Assembly: GCA_043823745.1 (NCBI GenBank)
Contig: JBDRAN010000028.1
Span: 3,116-67,115 of the forward strand
Reading direction: 5' to 3'
DNA length: 64,000 bases
Source of the DNA: Candidatus Omnitrophota bacterium
Lineage (GTDB): Bacteria > Omnitrophota > Gorgyraeia > Duberdicusellales > 4484-171
Both the position numbers and the translations under genes were made by a program. Positions 1-9,936 of the stretch are shown in pieces; the first letter of the stretch is position 1, and each line of letters begins with the position of its first letter. A model generated the notes under the pieces. The model saw nothing but the letters and a program-made list of their open reading frames with translations. It was not told where the DNA came from and did not search any database.

Positions 1-576
1 CCGTAAGGTATCGGTAAAGAATTTGAATATATTGCGGGCAGATATTTTTTCTATCGGGCTGCCATGCGGGTGGGTGAGATAGAATTGGAGCATGTTTCTG
101 TAGTTACAGTATGCACGTGATACGCAGTCCAAAGCGAATTTTTCATTTCGGTGTTGATACCTTTCTTTCGGCAATGGATCGCCGTAGAGCGGTTTATACA
201 CAAAAGGAAGCTCGCATGCTCCCATGTCCCCGTAGGCAAGCCATCCCTGGATTGTTTGTCCAGTCGCTATGAGGTTGAATTCGTCAAAAAGAGGAATAAT
301 GTTTTTTAATAAGGAATGAAACTTAAAAAATCTCCGTATTCTTCGGAACTCTGTTGGCGCGTCGACATCATCGATTGTTATAATCATGTCGAGATCGCTG
401 AGGCCGGCTATAAAGTCCTTGTTGTCCAGCCCCCATTTGAGATAAATCGCCCGCGCCGGGAGCATTGCCTTGGCGAGACATAAAAATATATATAACGCCA
501 ATCGATAGATGAGCGCATAGAGCTTGTTATAAGGGAACACCAGGGCAGTTCTCTGTATAAATCTTTTAAGCACCAT
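1..576 (-). CDS. Hypothetical protein, N-terminal 192 codons only; the ORF runs off the window start. There is a possible nucleotidyltransferase-like GLSDLDMIITIDD motif.
   Basis: I translated the minus strand by hand. An ATG at 574-576 opens a frame that stays stop-free all the way to position 1. It is missing from the ORF track because it has no in-window stop codon. Confidence 0.4.
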   Translation of the reverse strand, partial: MVLKRFIQRTALVFPYNKLYALIYRLALYIFLCLAKAMLPARAIYLKWGLDNKDFIAGLSDLDMIITIDDVDAPTEFRRIRRFFKFHSLLKNIIPLFDEFNLIATGQTIQGWLAYGDMGACELPFVYKPLYGDPLPKERYQHRNEKFALDCVSRAYCNYRNMLQFYLTHPHGSPIEKISARNIFKFFTDTLR

Positions 577-811
577 TTTTTCACCAGATAATTCTTGTTT
601 ATAGTATGTCGATAGATGTAATTATACATTTTGAGTGCAAAAAGAAAAGCACTATCATGGATATCACTTAGGCGAAGGTATCAGGGGGGCCATGAGTTGA
701 TACATGAGATAGAACGAAAGATGCAGTAGAGCGCTGCTCTCGCACAGGCTTTCGGTAGGGTGAGGCTCTTTTCCTGAATTTTTATGGTGACCGTTGAACG
801 CCTGTCGTTTT

Positions 812-1831
812 TTAATCGTTATGAGGCTTGTATTGTTCGAGAAAGGAGAGTAGCGTTGAGGTATTTTCTTCTTTATCTTGCCCAAGATAGAAAACGAATG
901 TTTTTGATCCTTTGATGACTTTTAAAGAATTTCTCAGGCGTGAGAGCCCGAGTGGGATCTTCAATAATATCTCCCGGGGGCCTTTCTGAAAAATATATTC
1001 TATTCCCTGGTACAGGCCGACCCCGACAACGGAGTTTTTTATGAATTCACCAAGCGCGGCATACTTTGAAACAGGCTCTATGCTTGGGTTTCTCCCTAAA
1101 ACGCGCTTGCCGAGAATTATCAGGTGCGGCCGCGCGGGGACAGTAGAGATTTTTTCCTTAAAATACTCTACGTCGATGAGTGTTTTCGGCCAGAATTCCT
1201 GCCTTTGGAAACGGCGCAGGTATTCGTGTGGGATGCCGTCCGGTACTTCTTGTTCATTGACGCCTATTCGTAGAGGAAAGGGGAGTATATCTCCGTGAGG
1301 ATTTATGAGTGGAGAATCTTCAGAAAGTAACTTTATTGTATTGCTTAAGGAAAGTATCTTTAAAGCCATGGTAGTTTTTCCGCCGCCCATATCCATGAGC
1401 AGAAGAACAGCTTTTTGTCCAATTGTAAACCCCAGGGCGTGCACGCGGTGTAGACCCATTGCGTCGAGCTCGCTTGCGACCAGAGACATGATCGTCATGT
1501 AGCAGATTTCATGGAGGAGCGGGTAGTCGATGCTATGCATATCGCAGCGTAGTTTATCCTGGTTAAAAATAACTAAGGCTTTGCCGGAATAATCGATGTA
1601 TTTTATGTGGTTATTGTAATAGCAGATGTTGCGCGGTGAGACATAACGAGCCACCATAGGGGGAAGGCTCGCGTAAGGGGGGCGCACGAACGAGGCGCTG
1701 ATAATAATTTTTGTCGTATCTTCTTTTGATGCGAAAAAAGAAAAATCCCTTTGAATGTCGCGGGTTAGCTCTTGATTGTCGCTCTTAAAGCATACCCCAA
1801 CTCCATAAAAATTTAAATGAACGTGGTGCAT
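812..1831 (-). CDS. Hypothetical protein with a Gly-rich nucleotide-binding-like motif, possibly linked to polysaccharide biosynthesis.
   Basis: It is a 339-aa ORF carrying the motif VLLLMDMGGGKTTMAL. It sits next to the FAD oxidoreductase and the GT39-like glycosyltransferase. Confidence 0.45.
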   Translation of the reverse strand: MHHVHLNFYGVGVCFKSDNQELTRDIQRDFSFFASKEDTTKIIISASFVRPPYASLPPMVARYVSPRNICYYNNHIKYIDYSGKALVIFNQDKLRCDMHSIDYPLLHEICYMTIMSLVASELDAMGLHRVHALGFTIGQKAVLLLMDMGGGKTTMALKILSLSNTIKLLSEDSPLINPHGDILPFPLRIGVNEQEVPDGIPHEYLRRFQRQEFWPKTLIDVEYFKEKISTVPARPHLIILGKRVLGRNPSIEPVSKYAALGEFIKNSVVGVGLYQGIEYIFQKGPREILLKIPLGLSRLRNSLKVIKGSKTFVFYLGQDKEENTSTLLSFLEQYKPHND

Positions 1832-1999
1832 ATTTTTCTTTAATTAGAGTCCTTTTCGTCTATAATGATATCTAAAGTATATACAATAATAGAAGAAATG
1901 TATAGAATTTTTTCTTACGTTAAACTACTGTGGTGCACACCGTAGTGCGTCGGAATGATTCTGGACGTATAGGTACGCACAGGATGAGGTTATTGCCGC

Positions 2000-3409
2000 A
2001 TGGATAATCCTAAGATAGTTATTATTGGAGCCGGGCCCGCGGGTATGGGGTGCGCGTACACATTGGCTCACGGAGGCGTTCCTTCCGTGCTGGTAGAACA
2101 GGAGGCTGACGTTGGCGGGCTCTGCCGGACGATTGATCATTTAGGATATCTTTTTGACATCGGTGGGCACCGGTTTATTACAAAATCAGACGAAGTAAAA
2201 AAAATATGGGAAGAGGTTCTCGGAAGCGAGTTTCTTTTGGTCAAGCGCTTATCGAGAATTTATTATCGTCAAAGGTTTTTTAGCTACCCGCTTCAGTTTT
2301 TCGATGTTGTCTGGCATTTAGGCCCTCTAGAAAGCCTTTTCTGTCTTTTTAGTTATCTGCGTGCGCGGTTTTTTCCTTGTCAGAACAATGACAGTTTCGA
2401 GGGTTGGATTATCAATCATTTCGGCCGGCGACTCTATAATATTTTTTTTAAAAGTTATTCGGAAAAAGTCTGGGAAATACCGTGCAGCAGTCTTTCTTCT
2501 GATTGGGCGCGCCAGAGGATCAGAGGGCTCTCCTTACGGGTTGCGTTAAAGAATTCCATATTCGCAGGCTCGCGCGAAACGCCAAAAACGTTAATTACGC
2601 AATTCAGCTATCCTAAAAGAGGCCCCGGTCAATTCTATCAGAGTTTACGGGACGCCTGTGTTACCATGGGCGGTGATTTTTCTCTTAACACCACCGTGCG
2701 TGCGATACGCCACGATAACAATAAAATTACCGCGATCGAAACGATTTCAAAAAGCTCAGGGGAGAAAAGGGTGCAGGATGTTGAGTATCTCTTTTCCAGT
2801 ATTCCGCTTCCTGAATTGATACAGGCGTTGCAGCCCCGGCCGCCGGATGAAGTCATTGCTGCCGTTGCGTGCCTCCAGTTTAGAAGCCTGATTGTTGTTA
2901 ATATTATTCTGGACAAAGAAGATGTGTTTCCCGATCAGTGGCTATATATCCATGAACCGAACGTAAAATTAGGGCGCATCCAGAATTTTAAAAACTGGAG
3001 CCACTATATGGTTACCGATACCAAGAAAACATCACTTGGGTTGGAATATTTTTGTAATAAAGGTGATTATTTGTGGAGTATGGATGATATTGAACTCAGG
3101 AATTTTGCTTTGAAGGAATTGAGCAAAATAGGATTTACGTTACGTCACCACCTTCTCGATAGTTTCGTGGTGCGTTCCGCCAACGCGTACCCCCGCTATA
3201 CGCTCGACTATCGCGAGCATCTTTCCGTGTTGCGCGCGTACGTGGCGCAGTTTTCAAATATGCAGACCATAGGCCGCGCCGGTCTTTTTCGATACGATAA
3301 CTCTGACCGCGCGTTACTTTCGGGGGTCTATGCCGCTCGTAATTTTTTATACCAGGAAAAACATGATTTATGGCAATTTGATACGGATCGTGATTTTATG
3401 GAATCATAG
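2000..3409 (+). CDS. NAD(P)/FAD-dependent oxidoreductase (amine-oxidase/UDP-galactopyranose-mutase-like fold).
   Basis: The N-terminus has a dinucleotide-binding motif, IVIIGAGPAGMGCAY...VLVEQEADVGG, and the protein is 469 aa. Confidence 0.7.
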   Translation: MDNPKIVIIGAGPAGMGCAYTLAHGGVPSVLVEQEADVGGLCRTIDHLGYLFDIGGHRFITKSDEVKKIWEEVLGSEFLLVKRLSRIYYRQRFFSYPLQFFDVVWHLGPLESLFCLFSYLRARFFPCQNNDSFEGWIINHFGRRLYNIFFKSYSEKVWEIPCSSLSSDWARQRIRGLSLRVALKNSIFAGSRETPKTLITQFSYPKRGPGQFYQSLRDACVTMGGDFSLNTTVRAIRHDNNKITAIETISKSSGEKRVQDVEYLFSSIPLPELIQALQPRPPDEVIAAVACLQFRSLIVVNIILDKEDVFPDQWLYIHEPNVKLGRIQNFKNWSHYMVTDTKKTSLGLEYFCNKGDYLWSMDDIELRNFALKELSKIGFTLRHHLLDSFVVRSANAYPRYTLDYREHLSVLRAYVAQFSNMQTIGRAGLFRYDNSDRALLSGVYAARNFLYQEKHDLWQFDTDRDFMES

Positions 3410-3500
3410 CGCGTTCCCGGTATCGTGAAGGCTTTTTTGCGGCGGGCTTTCGAGGCCGGTATGCGGTGAGCCGCAGGATTGCGATCGTCCCCGAGGTATC

Positions 3501-5192
3501 ATGAATATCCTCAAAAGAAAAATTTCGAAACATAGTGTAGTCATCGGGCTTATCATCGCCGCTGGTTTTCTGTTGCGTTTTCGTCAATATTTCTATAACA
3601 AGTCGCTATGGCTTGATGAAGCTTCTTTGGCGCTCAACATCATACACAGGCCGTGGTGGCAACTTTTTAAACCTCTTGATTATCTTCAGGGTGCCCCTGT
3701 CGGATTTTTACTCATAGAAAAGTTCTTTATCTACCTCTTCGGTAGTGGCGAGTATGTGTTGCGGCTCTTCCCTTTCATAAGCGCTCTTGCAGCACTTTTT
3801 CTTTTTTTTAATGTTGCGCGTTTTCTGCTTGATCGCGATGCGCTTGTTCTCGCAATGACTTTAATGAGTTTTTCGGGTGTCCTCATTTATTATTCCTCCG
3901 AGTGTAAGCAGTATTCCTCAGATGTTTTTTTAGCTTTGATAGTCCTAAATATTTTTTTGCGCCCGTACCGGCCTATGATATCAGTCGTTCGCGCGTTAGC
4001 CTTGGGGCTTATGTGTGCGGTATTTATTTTCATTTCGCATCCGATATTTTTTGTTTTGCTTGGTATAGCGGTGGTTAACGTTGGTTCGTGCATACGAGAG
4101 AAAAAGTGGCTTACGATGGCCGGTTTGTTGTCTGTTTTTGTGTTTGGATTGATAAGTTTTGTGATCGCTTATTTTGTTTCGCTGCGTTCTTTGACGATGA
4201 CACAACCGCTCGTGGGCTGGAGCAGGGGGTTTGTGCCGCACCTTTCTTTTTCCCTACGTAGCTTACAATCGCTTACACAATGGTTTCAGGGTAATGACAG
4301 TCTTGGTTTTTTGATAGACGTTCGCCCCGCATGGGTGAGCCTGGGGCTTCTTGTAATCGGTAGTTACTCGATGTTCCGTGAGAGAAGACGAGATTTTTTA
4401 ATTCTCGGGCTGCCGGTGTTTTTTGTTTTCGTGGCATCAGTATTCCATAAATATCCGTTTTATCAGAGGATGCTCTTGTTCCTGATTCCATCAGTACTCA
4501 TTATATTATCAAAAGGTTTCTCAGAATTGCTTCGATTTCTTCCAAGTAACAAAGTAAAATCGATACTTATCATCTTATGCATGTGTTTTCTGCTCTTTGT
4601 TCCTGTTGTTAAGGCCATGATATCCGGTTTCTTTCCGTATGGGGCTGAGTCTCTGAAGCCGGTCCTTTCGTATGTTAGTTCGTATGCTCGCTCTTTTCCA
4701 AGGACTAATCCAACGGTCTATCTTTCGAACCGTGCGGTATCCGCGTTTCAATACTATGCCCCGCGCTATGGGCTTGATAAGAATAGATGTATTGTGATGC
4801 CGTATAAACCATCGCGCGCGGAATTTAAAAAGGATATGAATCGATTGGTAGGCACAAAAAAAGTTTGGGTGATTGCCTCGGGTATTTCTGAAGCTCGGCA
4901 GATAGAGGAAGAAAGCTTCTACCTCGGTTATCTGGATCGTAAGGGGCCGCGCCTGAGGGCTTTTAAATGTAATGATGCATCAGCCTACCTGTATGATTTA
5001 AGCCGTCCGCGTCGTGCGGGTACCAATTCTGTTCCAGCGAAAACCTTAAAAGTTGAGGGTAGCGGAAAGTATGTTCGGCGGGCGACACGGGCTCTTTGGT
5101 TCATCGAACGGGTGACCGGCTCGCGCTGTGTGCCGTGCCTTCTTATTCTTGAGCGATTTTTTAATGCGTTGCGCGCGTACGTATACAGTTAG
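3501..5192 (+). CDS. GT39 / ArnT-PMT-like polytopic membrane glycosyltransferase.
   Basis: It is 563 aa with many TM helices. An early loop carries WLDEA, and the C-terminal domain is soluble, which is typical of undecaprenyl/dolichyl-phosphate-sugar dependent glycosyltransferases. Confidence 0.55.
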   Translation: MNILKRKISKHSVVIGLIIAAGFLLRFRQYFYNKSLWLDEASLALNIIHRPWWQLFKPLDYLQGAPVGFLLIEKFFIYLFGSGEYVLRLFPFISALAALFLFFNVARFLLDRDALVLAMTLMSFSGVLIYYSSECKQYSSDVFLALIVLNIFLRPYRPMISVVRALALGLMCAVFIFISHPIFFVLLGIAVVNVGSCIREKKWLTMAGLLSVFVFGLISFVIAYFVSLRSLTMTQPLVGWSRGFVPHLSFSLRSLQSLTQWFQGNDSLGFLIDVRPAWVSLGLLVIGSYSMFRERRRDFLILGLPVFFVFVASVFHKYPFYQRMLLFLIPSVLIILSKGFSELLRFLPSNKVKSILIILCMCFLLFVPVVKAMISGFFPYGAESLKPVLSYVSSYARSFPRTNPTVYLSNRAVSAFQYYAPRYGLDKNRCIVMPYKPSRAEFKKDMNRLVGTKKVWVIASGISEARQIEEESFYLGYLDRKGPRLRAFKCNDASAYLYDLSRPRRAGTNSVPAKTLKVEGSGKYVRRATRALWFIERVTGSRCVPCLLILERFFNALRAYVYS

Positions 5193-5382
5193 AGGCTTGG
5201 GCATTTTTTATGCAGCACAAATAAGCACGCGCCCCCCATGCTGCTTTGGTATAGCCGTGATTTTACTTGCTAGTTCGAGATATAATTTGCTTGTTTCCAC
5301 CCGTACTTGGGCTATAATACAGTTTCGTATAGGGAATTTATTTATTTACGGAGCATAGGAGCGCTTGAGAGAATGAGGATTT

Positions 5383-6105
5383 ATGGCCAAAGATAAGATT
5401 TTCAGCAAAAAGCAGTCAGCGATTGACTTTAATTTTAAAAAGAAGACGGCAGCGGTCTTTGATGATATGCTTAACCGCTCGGTCCCGTTTTATCGGGAGA
5501 TCCAGCGCATGACGACCGAGATCGCCGCTGATTTTGCCTTACCCGGGACTAATGTGTATGATTTGGGTTGTTCGACAGGGACTACGCTGCTTGCGCTGGA
5601 TAAGAAATTACCGGAGGATGTTTCGTATATCGGGTTCGATTACTCTCAGGATATGCTCAATAAGGCAGAGGAGAAAATAAAAGCTCATAAGGTTAAGCGG
5701 CCGTATAAACTTTTCTGCCGCGATTTAAATAACGGGGTTCCGGTTGAGAACGCCTCAGTGGTGATTTTTACGCTTACGCTGCAGTTTGTGCGCCCCCTGG
5801 TGCGCCAGAAAGTTATCGAGGAGATCGCCCGGGGAATCAATAAGGGGGGATGCCTCATTTTGATTGAGAAAGTTTTGAGCCTTGATTCCAAGCTTAACAG
5901 GCTTTTTATTAACTATTACTATGAGTTTAAGAAGCGGCAGGGATACAGCCGGCTTGAGATCGCGCAGAAGCGCGAAGCGCTTGAGAACGTGTTGATTCCC
6001 TACCGGCCGGAGGAGAACCGCCAGCTGCTGCTTGAAAGCGGTTTTAAAGAATGCGATATGTTTTTTAAGTGGTATAACTTCTGCGGAATGCTCGCCTTAA
6101 AATAA
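5383..6105 (+). CDS. cmoA: Carboxy-S-adenosyl-L-methionine synthase CmoA.
   Basis: Similarity to E. coli CmoA is strong. Matching blocks are VFDDMLNRSVPFY, GTNVYDLGCSTG, NASVVIFTLTLQF, GYSRLEIAQKREALENV and YNFCGMLALK. Confidence 0.8.
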   Translation: MAKDKIFSKKQSAIDFNFKKKTAAVFDDMLNRSVPFYREIQRMTTEIAADFALPGTNVYDLGCSTGTTLLALDKKLPEDVSYIGFDYSQDMLNKAEEKIKAHKVKRPYKLFCRDLNNGVPVENASVVIFTLTLQFVRPLVRQKVIEEIARGINKGGCLILIEKVLSLDSKLNRLFINYYYEFKKRQGYSRLEIAQKREALENVLIPYRPEENRQLLLESGFKECDMFFKWYNFCGMLALK

Positions 6106-6106
6106 T

Positions 6107-6853
6107 ATGATAGTTGCCGCGTGGCGTACATTATTACTGACTACCGGAGCGTTTTTCTTCCGCTTCCGCAACTTTTTATTTCCCGCTTTTGTCATTATTC
6201 TGCTGGTGTTTACCAAGCCGGCGCTATTCCTGGGTCGGCGTGATCTTGATGCCATCATCGTTACGTTCGGGTTTCTTGTTGCTATGCTTGGCATATTCTT
6301 TCGGCTCTTTGTGATCGGGTTTGCCTATATTAAGCGCGGCGGCAAGGATGGCCGGGTGTATGCCGACAACCTTGTTATTGAAGGAGTGTACGCGCATGTG
6401 CGTAACCCGATGTATGTGGCTAATTTCTTTAATATCGTGGGTATCGCGTTGATTTACGGTTCGTTCTGGGTCTACGTGCTTGTCATCCCGTTTTTTACCT
6501 ATGTGTATCTCGCGATCGTTACCACGGAAGAAAATTATCTGCACAAGCGCTTTGGCGCGGAATTCGAAACATACTGCAAGGCGGTGAACCGTTTCATCCC
6601 CAATTTTTCCGGTATCAAACAAACCCTTGGGAAATTCTCCTATGATTGGACCAAGGCGCTGCGTAAAGAGTATGGAACGACCTTTGGGGTGCTCCTGGGA
6701 TGCTATGTCATGTGGCTGCGTAAGATGTATTCTTTTTACGGCGCCACCTTTAGCAGGCACACGGTATTTTTTGCGGTTGCACCCGTTGTTTTTCTCGTCC
6801 TCTTGTATTCCTTCGTGCGATACTTAAAGAAGAGCGGCCGACTTTCTTCGTAA
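6107..6853 (+). CDS. Membrane methyltransferase of the isoprenylcysteine carboxyl methyltransferase / phospholipid methyltransferase (ICMT/PEMT) family.
   Basis: It has multiple TM helices and the family motifs VRNPMYVANF and EENYLHKRFGAEFETY. It starts 1 nt after the cmoA stop. Confidence 0.65.
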   Translation: MIVAAWRTLLLTTGAFFFRFRNFLFPAFVIILLVFTKPALFLGRRDLDAIIVTFGFLVAMLGIFFRLFVIGFAYIKRGGKDGRVYADNLVIEGVYAHVRNPMYVANFFNIVGIALIYGSFWVYVLVIPFFTYVYLAIVTTEENYLHKRFGAEFETYCKAVNRFIPNFSGIKQTLGKFSYDWTKALRKEYGTTFGVLLGCYVMWLRKMYSFYGATFSRHTVFFAVAPVVFLVLLYSFVRYLKKSGRLSS

Positions 6854-7039
6854 AGAGCGAGAAGTTTCCCCGGCGCATGAACGCTTTCTTACCGGCATAT
6901 TGACAAAAAATGCTCATACAGTAAACTAACACAAAAGGAAGATCAGGTTTTTATACCGGGCCGGTCGGCAGCAGTAATACTGCGGGACTTCCAGGCAAGG
7001 GATTGACCGGGAACTATAAAAACATGGTTTTCCTTTTTT

Positions 7040-7118
7040 GTTTTGTGTAAACACAAAAAATGATTACACTGATTAGGAAATGATTACACAGATTATTAAA
7101 CACTGATTACACTGATTT
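7040..7118. promoter_or_regulatory. Perfect 8+8 palindrome TTTTGTGTaaACACAAAA at 7040-7057, followed by three direct repeats of TGATTACAC(T/A)GATT at 7061, 7081 and 7104. This is a candidate operator upstream of the P-type ATPase.
   Basis: The repeats can be read straight from the sequence. The copies are spaced 20 and 23 bp apart, and the ATPase start is 60 bp downstream. Confidence 0.4.
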
Positions 7119-7179
7119 GAATAAGATAATAAAGTCTTCACCAGTGATTTCAATCTTGTAATGTTCAAGAAGGAGACAA

Positions 7180-9729
7180 ATGCCTGTAGGTAAGAGCATC
7201 GCTAATATTCAAGGGCTCTCAGAGCGCCAGGCCCTTGAACGATTAAAAAAAGACGGCTATAACGAGCTCCCCGCTCAAAAGAAGAAGAATATTCTTTTAA
7301 TCTTATGGGGGATTCTCAGGGAGCCGATGCTGCTGCTTCTCGTCGGCAGCGGCCTGGTGTATTTATTCTTGGGTGAGGCGCAAGATGCGCTGATGCTTTT
7401 GTCGTTTGTCATTGTGGTGGTGGGTATCACGCTCTACCAGGAGCGTAAGACAGAGCGTGCCCTTGAGGCGTTACGTGATCTTTCCAGCCCCCGCGCGCTG
7501 GTTATCCGCGACGGGGAACAAAAGCGTATTGCCGGAAGATGTGTGGTACGCGATGATATTATTGTCCTATGTGAAGGCGATCGCGTTCCGGCTGATGCGA
7601 GGGTTATTTCGTGTGCTAATCTTTCGATTGATGAGTCTCTGTTGACCGGAGAATCCGCGCCGGTACGCAAAGCTGAAGGTAGCGATGCCGTGCCGGTTGC
7701 TCGGCCGGGAGGCGATGATCTGCCTTTTGTTTTCTCAGGAACCCTGGTTACCCAGGGCCATGGGTTTGCGTGTGTCTCGGCAATAGGTGTGCATACCGAG
7801 ATGGGTAAAATCGGCAAGGCTCTCGAGAATATCCGCGAAGAAGAAACGCTTCTAACAAAAGAAACCCGTCGTCTGGTCAGGAATTTTGCCGCGATCGGCC
7901 TTGTACTGTGCGTATGCGTGGTTGTTGTCTATGGCTTAAGCCGCGCCAGCTGGCTTGGAGGAATTCTTTCGGGTTTGACGCTTGGTATGGCCATGCTTCC
8001 CGAAGAGTTTCCGGTGGTACTCATGATTTTTATGGCGCTGGGGGCCTGGCGCATTTCAAAAAGTAAAGTTTTAACGCGCCGGGCTTATGCTATTGAAGCA
8101 TTGGGCGCTGCCACGGTGCTCTGCACGGATAAAACCGGGACGCTTACGGAAAATCGCATGCAATTATCAAGCTTGCATATTGCCGGGAAAGATTACGTAG
8201 TTGATGCCGCCACAATTGCCAGTTTGCCTGAGGAAACGCACGGTCTTATCGAATATGGTATTTTAGCCAGCCAGAAGGACCCGTTTGACCCTATTGAGAA
8301 AGGGATAAAAGAAATCGGAGAGTTTTATCTGGCGGCGACCGAGCACATCCATAAAAATTGGCAGATACTTAAAGAATACCCTTTGTCAAAGCAGCTTTTA
8401 GCGATTAGCCATGTCTGGGAATCTCCGGATAAGACACAGTATGTTATTGCGGCCAAGGGTTCTCCTGAAGCAATTGTTGACCTTTGTCATTTTAATGCAC
8501 AACAGCACCGGGAGCTTATCGATACCATTGAGCGTATGGCAAAGCAGGGGCTTCGCGTTCTGGGTGTGGCAAAAGCTCTATGGAAAAAAGAGAATCTTCC
8601 CGGCCTGCAGCATGATTTTGCGTTTGAGTTTGTGGGTTTGCTTGGCTTTCTTGACCCGATCAGGGAATCAGTGCCGGCATCAATTCGGGAGGCGCAAAAG
8701 GCCGGCGTTCGTGTGGTGATGATCACCGGAGATTATCCGGCAACCGCCGTGCATATTGCCCGGCAGATCGGAATTGAAAATCCTGCAGAATACATTACGG
8801 GGCCTGAAATAGAGAAGGTGGGGCATCAGGAGCTTCGAGTGCGATTGAAAATGGTGAATGTATTCGCCCGGGTTGTGCCGGAACAGAAGCTCGCGATCGT
8901 TAATGCGCTTAAGGCAAACGCTGAAGTTGTGGCGATGACCGGTGACGGGGTTAACGATGCACCGGCGCTGAAAGCCGCGCATATCGGCGTTGCCATGGGC
9001 CAGCATGGAACAGACGTGGCGCGTGAATCATCGGCGCTGGTGTTGCTTGGCGATGATTTTTCTTCAATTGTCGAGGCCGTGCGCCTGGGCAGGAGAATTT
9101 TTGATAATCTTAAAAAAGCGATCGCCTATATTTTTTCCGTGCATATCCCGATTGCGGGAATGTCTTTTTTGCCGGTCGTATTCGGGCTGCCGCTGGTGTT
9201 ACTTCCGGCGCATATCGCGTTCTTAGAATTAATCATCGACCCTGCCTGCTCAACGGTGTTTGAGTCGGTCCCGGAAGAACAAGGCATTATGAGCCGGCCC
9301 CCGCGGTCTTTGCGCGAATCGTTATTTAATAGGCGAGCGTTTATTATCAGTTTCTTGCAGGGGGTAAGCATTTTAGCGGTTGTGTTTGTTGTATATATCG
9401 TTTCGTTACGAATCCACCAGACAGAAGGTGAGTCGCGGACCTTGGCATTCGCGACACTGGTGTTCTCCAATATGATGCTTATTTTAACCAATCTTTCCTG
9501 GTCAAAGGGCCTGGTCTCGATTCTTAAAACAAAGAATAAGGCTTTATGGCTTGTCCTTTTAGGAACGCTCGCAGCCCTGGCGGCAGTCTTATATGTACCG
9601 TTTTTGCGCAGGCTATTCCATTTTTCAACGTTGTCGCTAGAGGATATCGGCATCGCGTTTGCCGCAGGCACGTTAAGCCTGGTGTGGTTTGAAGGGTTTA
9701 AGTTTATTGCGCGACGCGTCCACCGTTAA
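7180..9729 (+). CDS. Cation-transporting P-type ATPase (type II, Ca2+/Mg2+-like).
   Basis: The protein has the motifs TGES, DKTGTLT and TGDGVNDAPALKAAHIGVAMG, with 10 TM segments, and is 849 aa. Confidence 0.9.
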   Translation: MPVGKSIANIQGLSERQALERLKKDGYNELPAQKKKNILLILWGILREPMLLLLVGSGLVYLFLGEAQDALMLLSFVIVVVGITLYQERKTERALEALRDLSSPRALVIRDGEQKRIAGRCVVRDDIIVLCEGDRVPADARVISCANLSIDESLLTGESAPVRKAEGSDAVPVARPGGDDLPFVFSGTLVTQGHGFACVSAIGVHTEMGKIGKALENIREEETLLTKETRRLVRNFAAIGLVLCVCVVVVYGLSRASWLGGILSGLTLGMAMLPEEFPVVLMIFMALGAWRISKSKVLTRRAYAIEALGAATVLCTDKTGTLTENRMQLSSLHIAGKDYVVDAATIASLPEETHGLIEYGILASQKDPFDPIEKGIKEIGEFYLAATEHIHKNWQILKEYPLSKQLLAISHVWESPDKTQYVIAAKGSPEAIVDLCHFNAQQHRELIDTIERMAKQGLRVLGVAKALWKKENLPGLQHDFAFEFVGLLGFLDPIRESVPASIREAQKAGVRVVMITGDYPATAVHIARQIGIENPAEYITGPEIEKVGHQELRVRLKMVNVFARVVPEQKLAIVNALKANAEVVAMTGDGVNDAPALKAAHIGVAMGQHGTDVARESSALVLLGDDFSSIVEAVRLGRRIFDNLKKAIAYIFSVHIPIAGMSFLPVVFGLPLVLLPAHIAFLELIIDPACSTVFESVPEEQGIMSRPPRSLRESLFNRRAFIISFLQGVSILAVVFVVYIVSLRIHQTEGESRTLAFATLVFSNMMLILTNLSWSKGLVSILKTKNKALWLVLLGTLAALAAVLYVPFLRRLFHFSTLSLEDIGIAFAAGTLSLVWFEGFKFIARRVHR

Positions 9730-9936
9730 GCTTTATACGCGTTGAGCCCTCTGTGTGTTTGCGTAATTACCAGTTTCGTCTTACCGCATTGCGTTAATCG
9801 TCATCATCGTCTTTCTGCATTATCAGGATATCGCCCGATGTATACTCATCATATGCAACAGCGTATAAATTTGACAAAGTCTCCAGAAGCGATATCATAC
9901 TATTCATATATTTCATACAAACTGTAAGGAGGAAAC

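Noticed and set aside
408-885. ORF-track minus-strand ORFs 408-629 and 664-885.
   Set aside because: Both are out of frame with the continuous 192-codon minus-strand ORF at 1-576, or fall in the 577-811 intergenic region. Their composition is implausible.
6224-6760. A 178-aa minus-strand ORF antisense to the ICMT-like gene. Similar long antisense ORFs lie at 9126-9671, 11619-12170, 13768-14301, 18359-18973, 19879-20439, 44073-44744, 45707-46237, 54672-55256 and 56144-56608.
   Set aside because: Each lies wholly inside a confidently identified sense gene with clear family motifs. These are shadow ORFs, typical of GC-balanced sequence.
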